Of a DNA stretch of 64,000 nucleotides, positions 1 through 10,246 are shown in pieces. A model generated the notes under the pieces. It was given only the letters and a program-made list of their open reading frames with translations. It did not search any database and was not told where the DNA came from. The stretch spans positions 96,001-160,000 of the forward strand of contig JAEOTA010000018.1 in the NCBI GenBank assembly GCA_016840085.1, read 5' to 3'. The position numbers and the translations under genes were made by a program. Each line of letters starts with the position of its first letter. Position 1 is the first letter of the stretch. The stretch comes from Promethearchaeota archaeon. Its GTDB lineage: Archaea > Asgardarchaeota > Lokiarchaeia > Sigyniarchaeales > SOKP01.

Positions 1-260
1 ATAAAAGCTCCATATTGTAACGCAACTGACTTTTTTGGAATTTTAAAATCATCATTTAAATAAAATTTATTACCAGCTTCTTCTAATTGAGTAATTACTT
101 TTGCTAATGGAGATAAAAATTGGTTGATCATTGATATTAACTGGGGATAACATGGATAATCAACGCCTATTTGAATTAAATCTTCAAAGATCCTTATCAT
201 ATTTTCTTCATTGTTAGTTAGAGGCCAACTTCCAACAACAGTAGTGAATGGATTATCCAT
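1..260 (-). CDS. Partial (runs off window start) cobalamin-independent methionine synthase catalytic-domain/URO-D-fold protein
   Basis: Own translation from ATG at 260: MDNPFTTVVGSWPLTNNEENMIRIFEDLIQIGVDYPCYPQL...; the TTVVGSWP ... GVDYPxYPQL pattern matches the N-terminus of MetE C-terminal-domain (core MetE) proteins. Not in the ORF track. Confidence 0.65.
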   Translation of the reverse strand, partial: MDNPFTTVVGSWPLTNNEENMIRIFEDLIQIGVDYPCYPQLISMINQFLSPLAKVITQLEEAGNKFYLNDDFKIPKKSVALQYGAF

Positions 261-327
261 ATATAGTAAAAAAGTTCAAAGAATATAAAACTAGATAATA
301 TAAATTAAAGTATGCTAAGCTAAAAAT

Positions 328-2334
328 CTAGGTATAAAATCTTTTATTATTAAAATTTCTGTTATTTTGTTTAATAGATTCTAATTCTTCCAAATTATGT
401 TGTAAAGTTTGAATCTTCTTATCGATAAGATAAATTTCCTTGTTTAGATTTCTAAAAGTCCTAAAATAATCACTTTCTGATATCAAACCTTGATCAAACT
501 TCTTTTCAAGTTTTTTTAATGTAGTTTTAAGACCATATCGCTCTTTTTCTAATTCGTTCATCTTTTTTTGATTTTCTTTATCTAACTTATAAAGCTTTCT
601 TTTATTTCGAAAAGATTTACCTGTTAAAACATTATCACGGCTGAACAAAGAGGATAAATGATTTCTATTAAATTCTTGGAATGTAGATTCGTCATTTGAG
701 ATAATTGGGTCTTCATTAAAACCGTGTGTTTCGTCCATCTTTCTCATTATATTATGTCGATTATTAATATTATTAAATTGGGGATTATAACGATTATTAG
801 GTTGAGGATTATAATTCTGAAATCTGGTTGGATCGTAAAGATTTTGCATAAAGAATTTGCTTTGATATTGGTTTTGTGGTGAGTATTGATTTAAATGATT
901 TCTATAATTGTGTAAAAGCGCAGGAGATTGAAATACTTCTGGAAAACTGTTTATATTTTCGGGAATATATTGATTGTTTGGATATGAAATCATAGGATTA
1001 TTTGGAATTGGTTGCCTTAAATTTTGGTTATATTGTGAAGAGAATTGAGGATACATCTGAGAAGTAATATTTTGGATTTGGTTGGGTTGAAAATTATGAG
1101 AAAGAACTTTATTATAATTTTGAGGATTCCCATATCCTTTATTATATTGACATTTTAAACTGAAAAATGAATTAATACTTTCTTCTATGAAATCTATTAA
1201 AATGTTTAAATCAATATCGATTTCCCACAGTTCCTCTGCAGATTTTTTATCAAATATAGTAGTTTCATCAAAAGTTCTTGCCAAAAGAATATATTCAATT
1301 ACTCTTTTAATTGCTTTTGGAGGGAGTGTAAATTCATATTTACCATATTCAAACTCAATATACAATTTTTTGAATAGTTTTCCTTTTTCCTTAATCCGAA
1401 TTAAATCTTTAACTGGGGCTTTAAAGCTTAATTCTACTTTTTTTTTAAGTAAACCAAATTCATGAATAAATGATAAATCAAAATTAGTAATAAATAAGAT
1501 ACCCTTATCTTTCTTATATCTTTCTTCATTATTTAAACCATTAGCTAATTTAGCATGAATAGCATAAACAGGCTTCTCTTTCTCTGCTAAGTTTAGATGT
1601 TTTTTAAAATTAGTAAAATAATACCCTATTTTGTCAATAAATTTTAGATTTTTTTCAAAAGATTCTATGGTTTCATTAAAAGTATTAACATTATTTAATA
1701 CAAAATCATTGATAGAATTATAGCTACGAATAAGATTATCAAAAATCCCTTCGATAATTGTAATGTTCGTGTTAGGTTGGGCATATATATCAAAATAATA
1801 TTCTTTATAAAGAATTAATTGATGAAAATGAGCATTTATTTTATCATATAAGGTATTTTGCACATATATAAAGAGTTTAAAGAGAGCTAATAGATCTGAT
1901 TCCATTTTTGGAAAATGGTAATATTTAATTGGAGGATCTCTTGCTGTTTTTATTTTTTGTTGATATTTATATAAAGTATTAAGAACATCTCTTAAAGGAT
2001 TAACAAATAACCTTGAATTCTTGATTAATTCTAAAAAGGATTTTTCTAATTCTTCTTTTTTCTCATAAATATTAATAATTTTATGTGAGCTACATTTTGG
2101 GCATGATTTTAAAAGTTGGTGATCTTTTACAATATTTTCATTTCCGCAATCTTTACATCTTATTGTTTTTTCAGAATCAGTAACTTCAATGTTTTTGGAA
2201 TTACAATCTTGACAGATATAACTATCAACTTTTTTCTCATGTAAACAGTCAGAACAACAATTAGCACCACATTCTTCACAATAGTAAGCTAACTTTACAT
2301 ATCGTTGACAAAAACGACAAATTTGCTCTGACAT
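328..2334 (-). CDS. Multidomain hypothetical protein: six CxxC pairs, coiled coil, GRAM/PH-like domain, N/Q/P/Y-rich region, C-terminal coiled coil with steadiness-box/SHOCT-like motif
   Basis: CRFC, CEEC, CSDC, CQDC, CKDC, CPKC; KGILFITNFDLSFIHE (GRAM-like GxLxxT motif); low-complexity NQ-rich stretch; KFDQGLISESDYFRTFRNLNKEIYLI. Confidence 0.7.
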   Translation of the reverse strand: MSEQICRFCQRYVKLAYYCEECGANCCSDCLHEKKVDSYICQDCNSKNIEVTDSEKTIRCKDCGNENIVKDHQLLKSCPKCSSHKIINIYEKKEELEKSFLELIKNSRLFVNPLRDVLNTLYKYQQKIKTARDPPIKYYHFPKMESDLLALFKLFIYVQNTLYDKINAHFHQLILYKEYYFDIYAQPNTNITIIEGIFDNLIRSYNSINDFVLNNVNTFNETIESFEKNLKFIDKIGYYFTNFKKHLNLAEKEKPVYAIHAKLANGLNNEERYKKDKGILFITNFDLSFIHEFGLLKKKVELSFKAPVKDLIRIKEKGKLFKKLYIEFEYGKYEFTLPPKAIKRVIEYILLARTFDETTIFDKKSAEELWEIDIDLNILIDFIEESINSFFSLKCQYNKGYGNPQNYNKVLSHNFQPNQIQNITSQMYPQFSSQYNQNLRQPIPNNPMISYPNNQYIPENINSFPEVFQSPALLHNYRNHLNQYSPQNQYQSKFFMQNLYDPTRFQNYNPQPNNRYNPQFNNINNRHNIMRKMDETHGFNEDPIISNDESTFQEFNRNHLSSLFSRDNVLTGKSFRNKRKLYKLDKENQKKMNELEKERYGLKTTLKKLEKKFDQGLISESDYFRTFRNLNKEIYLIDKKIQTLQHNLEELESIKQNNRNFNNKRFYT

Positions 2335-2487
2335 TTTTTTAATTTAAACCCAACCTAATAAGATAAAAATTCGTTTATAATCGCTTTATCAGAAGAATAA
2401 CAAATTTCAAACCATAAAAAAAGTTATATTATTGTTATATTATCCAGATATGGTGAGTGAGAAAAATAAGTGTGAATCTTAAAAAAG

Positions 2488-2781
2488 TTATTTTATTATT
2501 TTTACTTTTTTTCCTAACGCTTGCCCAGGAACTCCTGCTTTTTTAAAATGAGCTCTTACAGCACCATTATTTCCATGCGCACGAGTTATTACACCTTTTA
2601 ATTCCTTACCTGAAGGAGTATCCCAAACAACGGTCCTTCCAATAAGTCTGTTTGCCTCTTTTCTTGTCCTTATATTTGGAAAAACTAAAATACAGTGTTT
2701 CTGATGAACTGTGTGACGACCCCTTTTATAATTTGATATAACTCCTTCCATACCCAAAATATCTAATTTACTTAATGACAT
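2488..2781 (-). CDS. rpl35ae: 50S ribosomal protein L35Ae
   Basis: GVISNYKRG...LIGRTVVW...GVITRAHGNNGAVRAHFKK..PGQALG, typical of eL33/L35Ae. Confidence 0.95.
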   Translation of the reverse strand: MSLSKLDILGMEGVISNYKRGRHTVHQKHCILVFPNIRTRKEANRLIGRTVVWDTPSGKELKGVITRAHGNNGAVRAHFKKAGVPGQALGKKVKIIK

Positions 2782-2954
2782 AGATGACTAATCAGCAGTT
2801 AAATTTAATTTTCTGTATTAATAGGAAAAATACTCCAAAACTATTAAGTTTTTTCGATTATATTGTTATTTCTTAAAAAATAGGATTGAAATTAAGATAT
2901 TCATAGTATCTTAGTAAAAAACATTTTTGAACTTATCAAGTTTAATATAATTAA

Positions 2955-4358
2955 ATGAGAGTAGCTTTTAGTAAAATTAAACTTACACCAAAAAATTATA
3001 TTGGAAAATCCTTGGCAGGTTATACAAGAAAAGACCCTTGTTTGGGGAAATTAGATGATATCTATGCGTATGCTGTTTTAATTGATGGAACTTCAGAAGC
3101 TACTAAAAAAAGTATTTTATTATTGATTTCAATAGATACCTTAAAAATTCCGTTATCAATTTCAAAATATATTAAGAAAAAAATCAGTTCTAATCATCCC
3201 AAATTAGATTCTGAACATATTTTAATACATGCCACTCATACACATGCTTCTTTCGATCTTACTGGTGAGTTCTATAAACCAGGAGGTACTTTTAATGTGA
3301 TGAAGGGCATAATGTTTGGGGCGAATAGAAATGATAGTTATATAGTATGGTTTGCTAGAAAGATTATTAAAATGGTCAAGGAATTATTTAATAAACTAAA
3401 ACCATGTATCATTGCTTCTAAGAAAGAAAAATTTAATCCAGATATTGTAATCAATCGAAGACATCCTACAAGTAATACGAAACCACATTTAGGTGTTATT
3501 ACTTTTAAAAGCTTAGATACAAAAGAATTGGTTGGAATTATTGTTAATTATGCTTGTCATCCTACAACTCTATCCTATAAAAATAATAAACTATCAGCTG
3601 ATTATCCTGGACGAATAATTCATAAAATAGAAGAATTAACTAATGGTAGAATAAACACTATATATTTTAATGGTCCTTCGGGAGATTTAAATCCTATAAC
3701 TACTTGTGGAATAGATTATCCAAAATTAGAAGTTGACAAATCTCTTATATACGATCAACTTGGAACTTATGAAGACACAATTAGAATTGGAAATTCTATA
3801 GCAGAAGCGGCATTAAAATTGGCTAATAGTATTTCAGAGGAGGATTATTTTGATAGTATTGAAATTCAGCCCAATACAAAATATATCTGGATTCCTATGA
3901 AAGATTATAAATATATTTCGAAATTATGGTTAAAAAACAAGCTTATTTTTGCACTCAAGAAATATTTCTTATTAATGGTTGCTAGAGTTAATATACTCAA
4001 TTCAAATTTCCCAATCTTTATTTTAAATAAGAAAATTTTAGGGATAAAATGTAAGACTTTAATTCAAAATATTAAAATTAAAATCAGTAAAAAGTCTAAA
4101 TCAAAGGAGTTTAGCATTTTGACCATTCCAGGTGAATTATTTGAAGATATTGGCAAATTTTTATATAGATATTCAATAACAGGAATAATGAATACATATA
4201 TATTTCAAAATACTCAAGATTGGATTGCTTATTTATTTCCACTAAAAGAATACATTAATGAAGGAGGTTATGAGCCAATACCGAGTTTCAGTCCTATCTG
4301 TGGATATTATATAAAAAATGAGATGAGGAATCTTATAAATGATATAAAAAAAATATAG
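2955..4358 (+). CDS. Neutral/alkaline ceramidase-like Zn amidohydrolase
   Basis: LAGY, ATHTHAS, NYACHPT, SADYPG, GDLNP, PGELF and GGYE motifs of the neutral ceramidase family. Confidence 0.8.
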   Translation: MRVAFSKIKLTPKNYIGKSLAGYTRKDPCLGKLDDIYAYAVLIDGTSEATKKSILLLISIDTLKIPLSISKYIKKKISSNHPKLDSEHILIHATHTHASFDLTGEFYKPGGTFNVMKGIMFGANRNDSYIVWFARKIIKMVKELFNKLKPCIIASKKEKFNPDIVINRRHPTSNTKPHLGVITFKSLDTKELVGIIVNYACHPTTLSYKNNKLSADYPGRIIHKIEELTNGRINTIYFNGPSGDLNPITTCGIDYPKLEVDKSLIYDQLGTYEDTIRIGNSIAEAALKLANSISEEDYFDSIEIQPNTKYIWIPMKDYKYISKLWLKNKLIFALKKYFLLMVARVNILNSNFPIFILNKKILGIKCKTLIQNIKIKISKKSKSKEFSILTIPGELFEDIGKFLYRYSITGIMNTYIFQNTQDWIAYLFPLKEYINEGGYEPIPSFSPICGYYIKNEMRNLINDIKKI

Positions 4359-4366
4359 TTTTATTT

Positions 4367-5533
4367 CTACTCACTAAGATTTTCAGCTTTTATCCAAGCT
4401 TCTTGATTAATCTTATTTAATTCAGTGATAATATTTTCTTTAGTTAAATAGGGCTTCTCTTGTATTATTTTCTCTACTTTAGATAATAAATCAGATTCTA
4501 AACTTCTTAGTTTAGAAATGTTTATTCGTGATTTTGACATAGTATGTTTACACCAATACCATTCTAGATCAACGTTTTTATATGGCCCAGGTTCATAATA
4601 TTTTTGTCCTTCTACAGGAAAAATATAAGGTTTATAGATGCTAAGACACGGTAACGTGGTCCCAGTGAACCAATGTATTGATTGTTTTCCTTTCCTTAGA
4701 TGTGAAACTTGAGAACCTGTGGATTCAAAACCTCCATGCATACAAATTCCTGCATCATGTTCTCTAAGAAATTTCATCATCATTTCATGAGTTATATTCC
4801 CTTTATTTTCGTTCAAAAGTAGTGCTGATTTTCCACCTCGAGATAATGGAGATGGTTTGTCAGAGATATAAGATCCTGAAAAGGATACTGCGAAATCAAA
4901 ATCATTATCATCTTTACAATAACCTTTTTCTATAGCATGCTGGATAATCCCATCGCTGCGAATATCTCCTTTACCTCTAATTGAAATGCCATTTGATATT
5001 GATCTTACATCCTTTACTTTTTCAGCGACCCACCACACGTCAGCAGTTTCTAATACAAACGCTTCATTAGGATCGGCAATTAAAAATGAATTATGATACA
5101 TCCAATTCGGATCGTTATAAGCACATCCTCCACCTTGTCCATATTTTTCTAATAAAGCAACAATGATAGTTAATGCTTCTTTTGCCGTTTTCCCTCTTTC
5201 AAGGCCTAGTCTTAATACATCCATGCCTAATAATCCAATAGATCTTAACGATTCATGAGTATATACGGCTTCATTCCCAATCGCAACACCACATTCATTA
5301 ACACCCATTTCTGCCCCCCACATCCACCATGGTTGGCTCAATAACACAGCATAAGTTTCAGAAACTTGAGGAATTGAGATATAAGTACATTTTAATTCTT
5401 CTCCCTTTGAATGCATAGCTCCTGGATTATATGTTATTAATTGGACCTCATTATAAGGTCTATCAGAATTTTTTCCAAATATAATGTTTCTATCTTTTGT
5501 AGAATTACCAAGTGCTACTAATGTGTCACACAT
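4367..5533 (-). CDS. Secernin/dipeptidase, peptidase family C69 (Ntn hydrolase)
   Basis: N-terminal MCDT nucleophile; FGKNSDRP; WMWGAEMGVNECGVAIGNEAV; GLLGMDVLRLGLER. Confidence 0.9.
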   Translation of the reverse strand: MCDTLVALGNSTKDRNIIFGKNSDRPYNEVQLITYNPGAMHSKGEELKCTYISIPQVSETYAVLLSQPWWMWGAEMGVNECGVAIGNEAVYTHESLRSIGLLGMDVLRLGLERGKTAKEALTIIVALLEKYGQGGGCAYNDPNWMYHNSFLIADPNEAFVLETADVWWVAEKVKDVRSISNGISIRGKGDIRSDGIIQHAIEKGYCKDDNDFDFAVSFSGSYISDKPSPLSRGGKSALLLNENKGNITHEMMMKFLREHDAGICMHGGFESTGSQVSHLRKGKQSIHWFTGTTLPCLSIYKPYIFPVEGQKYYEPGPYKNVDLEWYWCKHTMSKSRINISKLRSLESDLLSKVEKIIQEKPYLTKENIITELNKINQEAWIKAENLSE

Positions 5534-5556
5534 AATCCTTTTTTCGGAATGTTTGT

Positions 5557-6777
5557 TTATTTGAGGTAATTTAAGGCCGTAAGCGCAAAAATTTTTGTTA
5601 CATTTATAACATCTTCGATATAAACAAACTCATCAGTGGAGTGAATATTACTCTCCCCTCGAAAAGATCCTATTAATATTGTTTCTATTCCTTTTTGTTG
5701 AAAAAAATGGGCGTCTGTAGTAGGGAGAAGGGCTTTAAACTCTCTCTCTTCATTATATACTGTCTTGAATGCATTTTTAACTATTTTAGCAAAATTTGAG
5801 TTAATATCTGTTATTTGTGGTTCAATATAAACTGGAATTTGAACGATTATGTTTAAATCTGGATCTTTTCTCTTTAAATCCTCAACAAAATCTAGTATTC
5901 TTGTTTTTAAATCCTCCAAATTTTGTTCTGGTATAGTATTTATTAAGCAATTTAAAATGCATTTATCAGGTATTGAAGTAACTGAAACTCCTCCTTCTAT
6001 TGATGTAAAATTAACACTACTAATTTTAGATGGCATATCCGGAGGAAGCGGATATTTTGTTTCCTTAAATTTTAATTCTTCTTGTATCTCCATTAGAAAA
6101 TTCATAATTAGAAGCATTTTATTAATTGCATTTATCCCGGAATATTTATTACGATTAGGGGAGAGTAAATCGGGCCATCCTTGTGCATGTCTACGTATTC
6201 CTTTAATATTAAAACTTATTTGAAACGTTCCTCCTCGAAAAGCCACTGGATAATCACTAATGGAATCACCCAATAAACAAGCATCTCCTTTTACAATCTC
6301 CTCATTAACAAGATATTTAGCTCCTAGGAAACCTCCAATCTCCTCATTTATTACTGCCGTTATGATTAATTTTCCATTTAAATCAAATCCAGCATCTAAT
6401 AAAGCTTTGGTTGCAAAAATTTCGGCAGCTATACAAGATTTATCATCAGCAGTTCCACGACCATATATCCTATCTCCTATTTTTTCAGCCCCATGCGGTT
6501 TTTTTGTCCAACCGTTATAAGTAGCAACTGTATCAAGATGGGCATTAAATATTAAAGTGGGACCTTTATCATTGCCTATTTCACCTATAACATTATGCCT
6601 TTTCCTTTGAGTATTTATTCCAAGCTCGCTTATTTTAGAAGCGATAAATTTAGATATTTCTTTATATTTGCCGGGAGGAACTTCTGAAGGGATTTTTATA
6701 AGTTCTTGAAGAAATTCAATAATTTCTCCTTTCATATTGTCAATTTTTTCTAGAACTATTTTTTCTATACCATTCAT
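5557..6777 (-). CDS. M20 family metallopeptidase (ArgE/DapE-like)
   Basis: AHLDTV, YGRGTADDK, NEEIGG and C-terminal HSTDE metal-binding motifs. Confidence 0.9.
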   Translation of the reverse strand: MNGIEKIVLEKIDNMKGEIIEFLQELIKIPSEVPPGKYKEISKFIASKISELGINTQRKRHNVIGEIGNDKGPTLIFNAHLDTVATYNGWTKKPHGAEKIGDRIYGRGTADDKSCIAAEIFATKALLDAGFDLNGKLIITAVINEEIGGFLGAKYLVNEEIVKGDACLLGDSISDYPVAFRGGTFQISFNIKGIRRHAQGWPDLLSPNRNKYSGINAINKMLLIMNFLMEIQEELKFKETKYPLPPDMPSKISSVNFTSIEGGVSVTSIPDKCILNCLINTIPEQNLEDLKTRILDFVEDLKRKDPDLNIIVQIPVYIEPQITDINSNFAKIVKNAFKTVYNEEREFKALLPTTDAHFFQQKGIETILIGSFRGESNIHSTDEFVYIEDVINVTKIFALTALNYLK

Positions 6778-7026
6778 ATTCTCTAAATTTTTTTTAATTT
6801 AAGGATATAAGTAATAATATTACATATTATCAATATTAGAAAATAAAAAACTTTTATGAGTAAATTTTAAGATATTACTATTTCTGTCATAATTTCTCAT
6901 ACAAATCCAAATTTAATTAAGTTTTAATAAAATTCTTATTTTAAAGAATTAAATAATACTATACTTAGATTAATAGATTTATTATTTTTATTCCGCTAAT
7001 AAGAGTCTTTTTAAAAGAATTGAAAT

Positions 7027-8841
7027 ATGTTGAAAGAGACTAAAGAAAATATTTGGATATTTACATTTGAATATGCAGGAATAGCTAAAGTGGGGGGTCT
7101 TGGAGAAGTTCCTGCAAATCAAGCCAAACACCTTGCTAATGATTTTAATATCACTGTATTTATTCCCTCTCACGGGCAAATTGATCGGTTAAGAAAAAAG
7201 CATATCCTTGAAAAATTACCCTTTAATTGTGTGGGACAAATTAACCCTTTAATTTTTGGAATTAATGAACCAGAAGAAAATTACAATATATCTTTTTTTA
7301 AATTAAGAATAAATAATGTTAACATCATTTTATTATCTGGTGAAAACATATTTACACGTAGGTTTTTGGATGATTCTATTGTTTACAACCCAGATACGCT
7401 TGATGGGAAAATATGTCTTTTTAGCATTGGAATGCGATGTTTTATTGATTTTCTAATTGATGCTCATAAATCTGATTTACCAAACGCAATACATCTACAT
7501 GATTATCATGCTGTTATACCATTTATAGGAATAAAGCAAAGATTAATTAAAAATGGTTTAGATGTACCTTCAATTATTACAATCCATTTATTGACTTGGC
7601 CAAGGTATAATATTGATTTTTATTACGCTTGTGGAATTGATCAAACACCAATAACCATCCTTTTCAAAGATGGAATTAAATCTTTAACTTTAAATGAAAT
7701 TTTTAAAATTCATCAAAATTCAGATCATTACAACGATGTATATCAAAATCCTACAGTTGAACAAATTGGGGCACTTATTTGTGATATAATCACTACAGTA
7801 AGCCAATCCTATTTGATCTCCCATATTATTCCTAACTGTGGAAAATATTTAATTGAATTTAAATCCGATTTTGTCTGGGATGGTTGTGATTGGGATTTTG
7901 AAGAGATTTATCAAAATGTCAATCAAGTTATGGGATATGAAGTGCGGGAGGTGCTTAAAATCCCATATCAACAAAAGCTAACTAAATCTAATTTAAAAGA
8001 ATATTTACTTACCTACAAAATTAGCCATTTAAGCCAAAGTCCATTAATCAATTCAGCTAAAGTATTAGCAACTATTAATGAAATTTCAAATGGAAATCCT
8101 TTTAAAAAAAATGGAATGGTAAAACCCTTTTCTGATTCAGGACCATTAGTTATCACTACAGGAAGAATATCTCCTCAAAAGGGTTTTGATATTGTATTTA
8201 AGGCAGTCCCAGAGGTCTTGGATGTGGTATCTAATGCGAAATTTCTTTTTCTTATATTACCTACTGATTATAGCTTGAATGAAATTAGAGAGTATTCTTA
8301 TTATGTAAAAAAATATCCCCGCAATATTAGAATCATTTTTGGGGTTGCTTCTGAAATTTTTAATTTAGCACATTTGGCTGCAGATGTCTATTGTGCGTTA
8401 TCAAGATGGGAACCCTTTGGTATTATGGCCTTAGAAGCTATGGCGTCGAAGCTTCCAATAATAGCGACAAAGGTTGGAGGGCTCCAAGAAACTATTATAG
8501 ATATGAGAATATATCCTGAAATTGGCACGGGTATTTTAATAGAAAAAGATAATCCCTCGCAATTTTCTGATGCATTAATTTCACTTTTTAAAGCATTAGA
8601 AGTTGCTGATAGAGTAGAAGTTTCTGAAACTCATACGGTTTATGATGCTGATACATTTAAAATTGTAAATCAAATTCCAGATGATATTATTAAATCTCGC
8701 GTTTTGATTGATGCTAACTATTTTTATCAGATAAGAGAGAATTGTATCAAGAGAGTGATAAATAATTTCACATGGAAAAATGTTTCACAAAAATTAATTG
8801 AGTTATATTCCAAAATACAGAAGATTCATAATCTAACATAA
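7027..8841 (+). CDS. glgA: Glycogen synthase (GT5)
   Basis: FEYAGIAKVGGLG, HLHDYH, TIH, TVS, GRISPQKG, SRWEPFGIMALEAM, VGGL. Confidence 0.85.
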   Translation: MLKETKENIWIFTFEYAGIAKVGGLGEVPANQAKHLANDFNITVFIPSHGQIDRLRKKHILEKLPFNCVGQINPLIFGINEPEENYNISFFKLRINNVNIILLSGENIFTRRFLDDSIVYNPDTLDGKICLFSIGMRCFIDFLIDAHKSDLPNAIHLHDYHAVIPFIGIKQRLIKNGLDVPSIITIHLLTWPRYNIDFYYACGIDQTPITILFKDGIKSLTLNEIFKIHQNSDHYNDVYQNPTVEQIGALICDIITTVSQSYLISHIIPNCGKYLIEFKSDFVWDGCDWDFEEIYQNVNQVMGYEVREVLKIPYQQKLTKSNLKEYLLTYKISHLSQSPLINSAKVLATINEISNGNPFKKNGMVKPFSDSGPLVITTGRISPQKGFDIVFKAVPEVLDVVSNAKFLFLILPTDYSLNEIREYSYYVKKYPRNIRIIFGVASEIFNLAHLAADVYCALSRWEPFGIMALEAMASKLPIIATKVGGLQETIIDMRIYPEIGTGILIEKDNPSQFSDALISLFKALEVADRVEVSETHTVYDADTFKIVNQIPDDIIKSRVLIDANYFYQIRENCIKRVINNFTWKNVSQKLIELYSKIQKIHNLT

Positions 8842-8971
8842 ATCGAGGGATGAGCTTATTTTATTTATTTTTAATGTCTTTAAACTTCACATTGTATCAA
8901 GAATTGACAATATATAATTATAAATATTTCACCTTTTACAATGTAATAACTGTTGTAGGTTGGTTTCTTGG

Positions 8972-10246
8972 CTATAACCAAAACACGAGCAAAAGACCTA
9001 TAAGAGGGATTAAAGCGGCAAAAGGCAAAACCAAAGTAGGAGAATAAATAATCCAAATAAATGCAAATACTTGGTAAGAAATAATTTTAGCTACTTGAAG
9101 ATCTGTAATCCAAATACCCATATAAAATGCTCTATCCATAGGAGCTCGGTTTATTATATATTTCACAGCTCCTGTATATATACATCCCCAACCAAAACCA
9201 AGGCAAATCTGACCAATTATGAAATAGATTAGAAGACCCGTAGCAGAACCGCCCGCATAACAAAGTAAGGTTAATGCTGACAAGCTAAATCCAACAGCGA
9301 GCATTAATTTTTCTGAGACTTTTGGATTATCTACGATTCTTCCCATAATCACCATAGCTAGCACTTGTAAAATAGGGTTAAGAGCAATAACAACACCAAT
9401 TAACCCTATAGAAATACCTGCGTCAGTTAGTATAAGGCTTATTATCTGAAGGAAAGGTATAACACCGAATTGGCGAAAAAAGACACTAATAAAGAGAAGG
9501 AATTTGACCTTTGCTCTTTTTCTTGTGTTTTTCAATTTTCCCTGTACCGACTCTTGTATTAATAATTCTTCTTTAATAATTTCAGTCTCACTGTCATTAA
9601 TTGTCATTTCTTCCTTCTTTATATCTCGCACGGGTATAGCAAATAATAGGGCTATCATTGTTGCTATTATCAAGAAGAGGACTAACGATCCTACTCCAAA
9701 AATTGAAATAATGAAACTTGAACTTAAAACTCCAATAGCCCAACCAGTGCTTTTAGTTGCATTAAGAAGTGATAGCTGAGCTCCACTAACTTCAATTGTA
9801 TCTAAATTTGCATCAAATTCATTTTTTTTATTTGCTTTTTCCACAATATCAGCAAATAAAGCATTCGATGCAGGCATTCTCATCCCTAATAGAGAACCCC
9901 TAAAAAAATTTAATATACTATAAAATATAATATGATTAATCAGATTTAACAATAAAAATACAATAATTTGAGAAAATAAGGCAAAAATGAAAAATAATTT
10001 TCTACGACCTGTTCTGTCGCTTATTCTTCCAAATAACCATGAAAAGATGGCCATACCGACGCCCATCCAAGTCAAAATAAATATTATTTCTCCAGCAGAG
10101 AAACCTTTTGAATCTAAAAATAACGGTAAGAATGCAAAATAAGCATAACCAGCTATACCTGCAAAAAACACAGCAATTGTAAGGGAAATCTTGTTTATAG
10201 TGAATTTTTGTTCATCAGATTCAATCTGAATCTTCAGTAGCTTCAT
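8972..10246 (-). CDS. MFS transporter
   Basis: About 12 hydrophobic segments; motif A FGRISDRTGRRK with second-half repeat MGRIVD. Confidence 0.9.
   Translation of the reverse strand: MKLLKIQIESDEQKFTINKISLTIAVFFAGIAGYAYFAFLPLFLDSKGFSAGEIIFILTWMGVGMAIFSWLFGRISDRTGRRKLFFIFALFSQIIVFLLLNLINHIIFYSILNFFRGSLLGMRMPASNALFADIVEKANKKNEFDANLDTIEVSGAQLSLLNATKSTGWAIGVLSSSFIISIFGVGSLVLFLIIATMIALLFAIPVRDIKKEEMTINDSETEIIKEELLIQESVQGKLKNTRKRAKVKFLLFISVFFRQFGVIPFLQIISLILTDAGISIGLIGVVIALNPILQVLAMVIMGRIVDNPKVSEKLMLAVGFSLSALTLLCYAGGSATGLLIYFIIGQICLGFGWGCIYTGAVKYIINRAPMDRAFYMGIWITDLQVAKIISYQVFAFIWIIYSPTLVLPFAALIPLIGLLLVFWL

Noticed and set aside
2092-2334. Calling the 668-aa protein a TRIM/B-box protein
   Set aside because: The B-box His-ligand pattern is not convincing; six CxxC pairs fit all-Cys fingers better. 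Left as unresolved.
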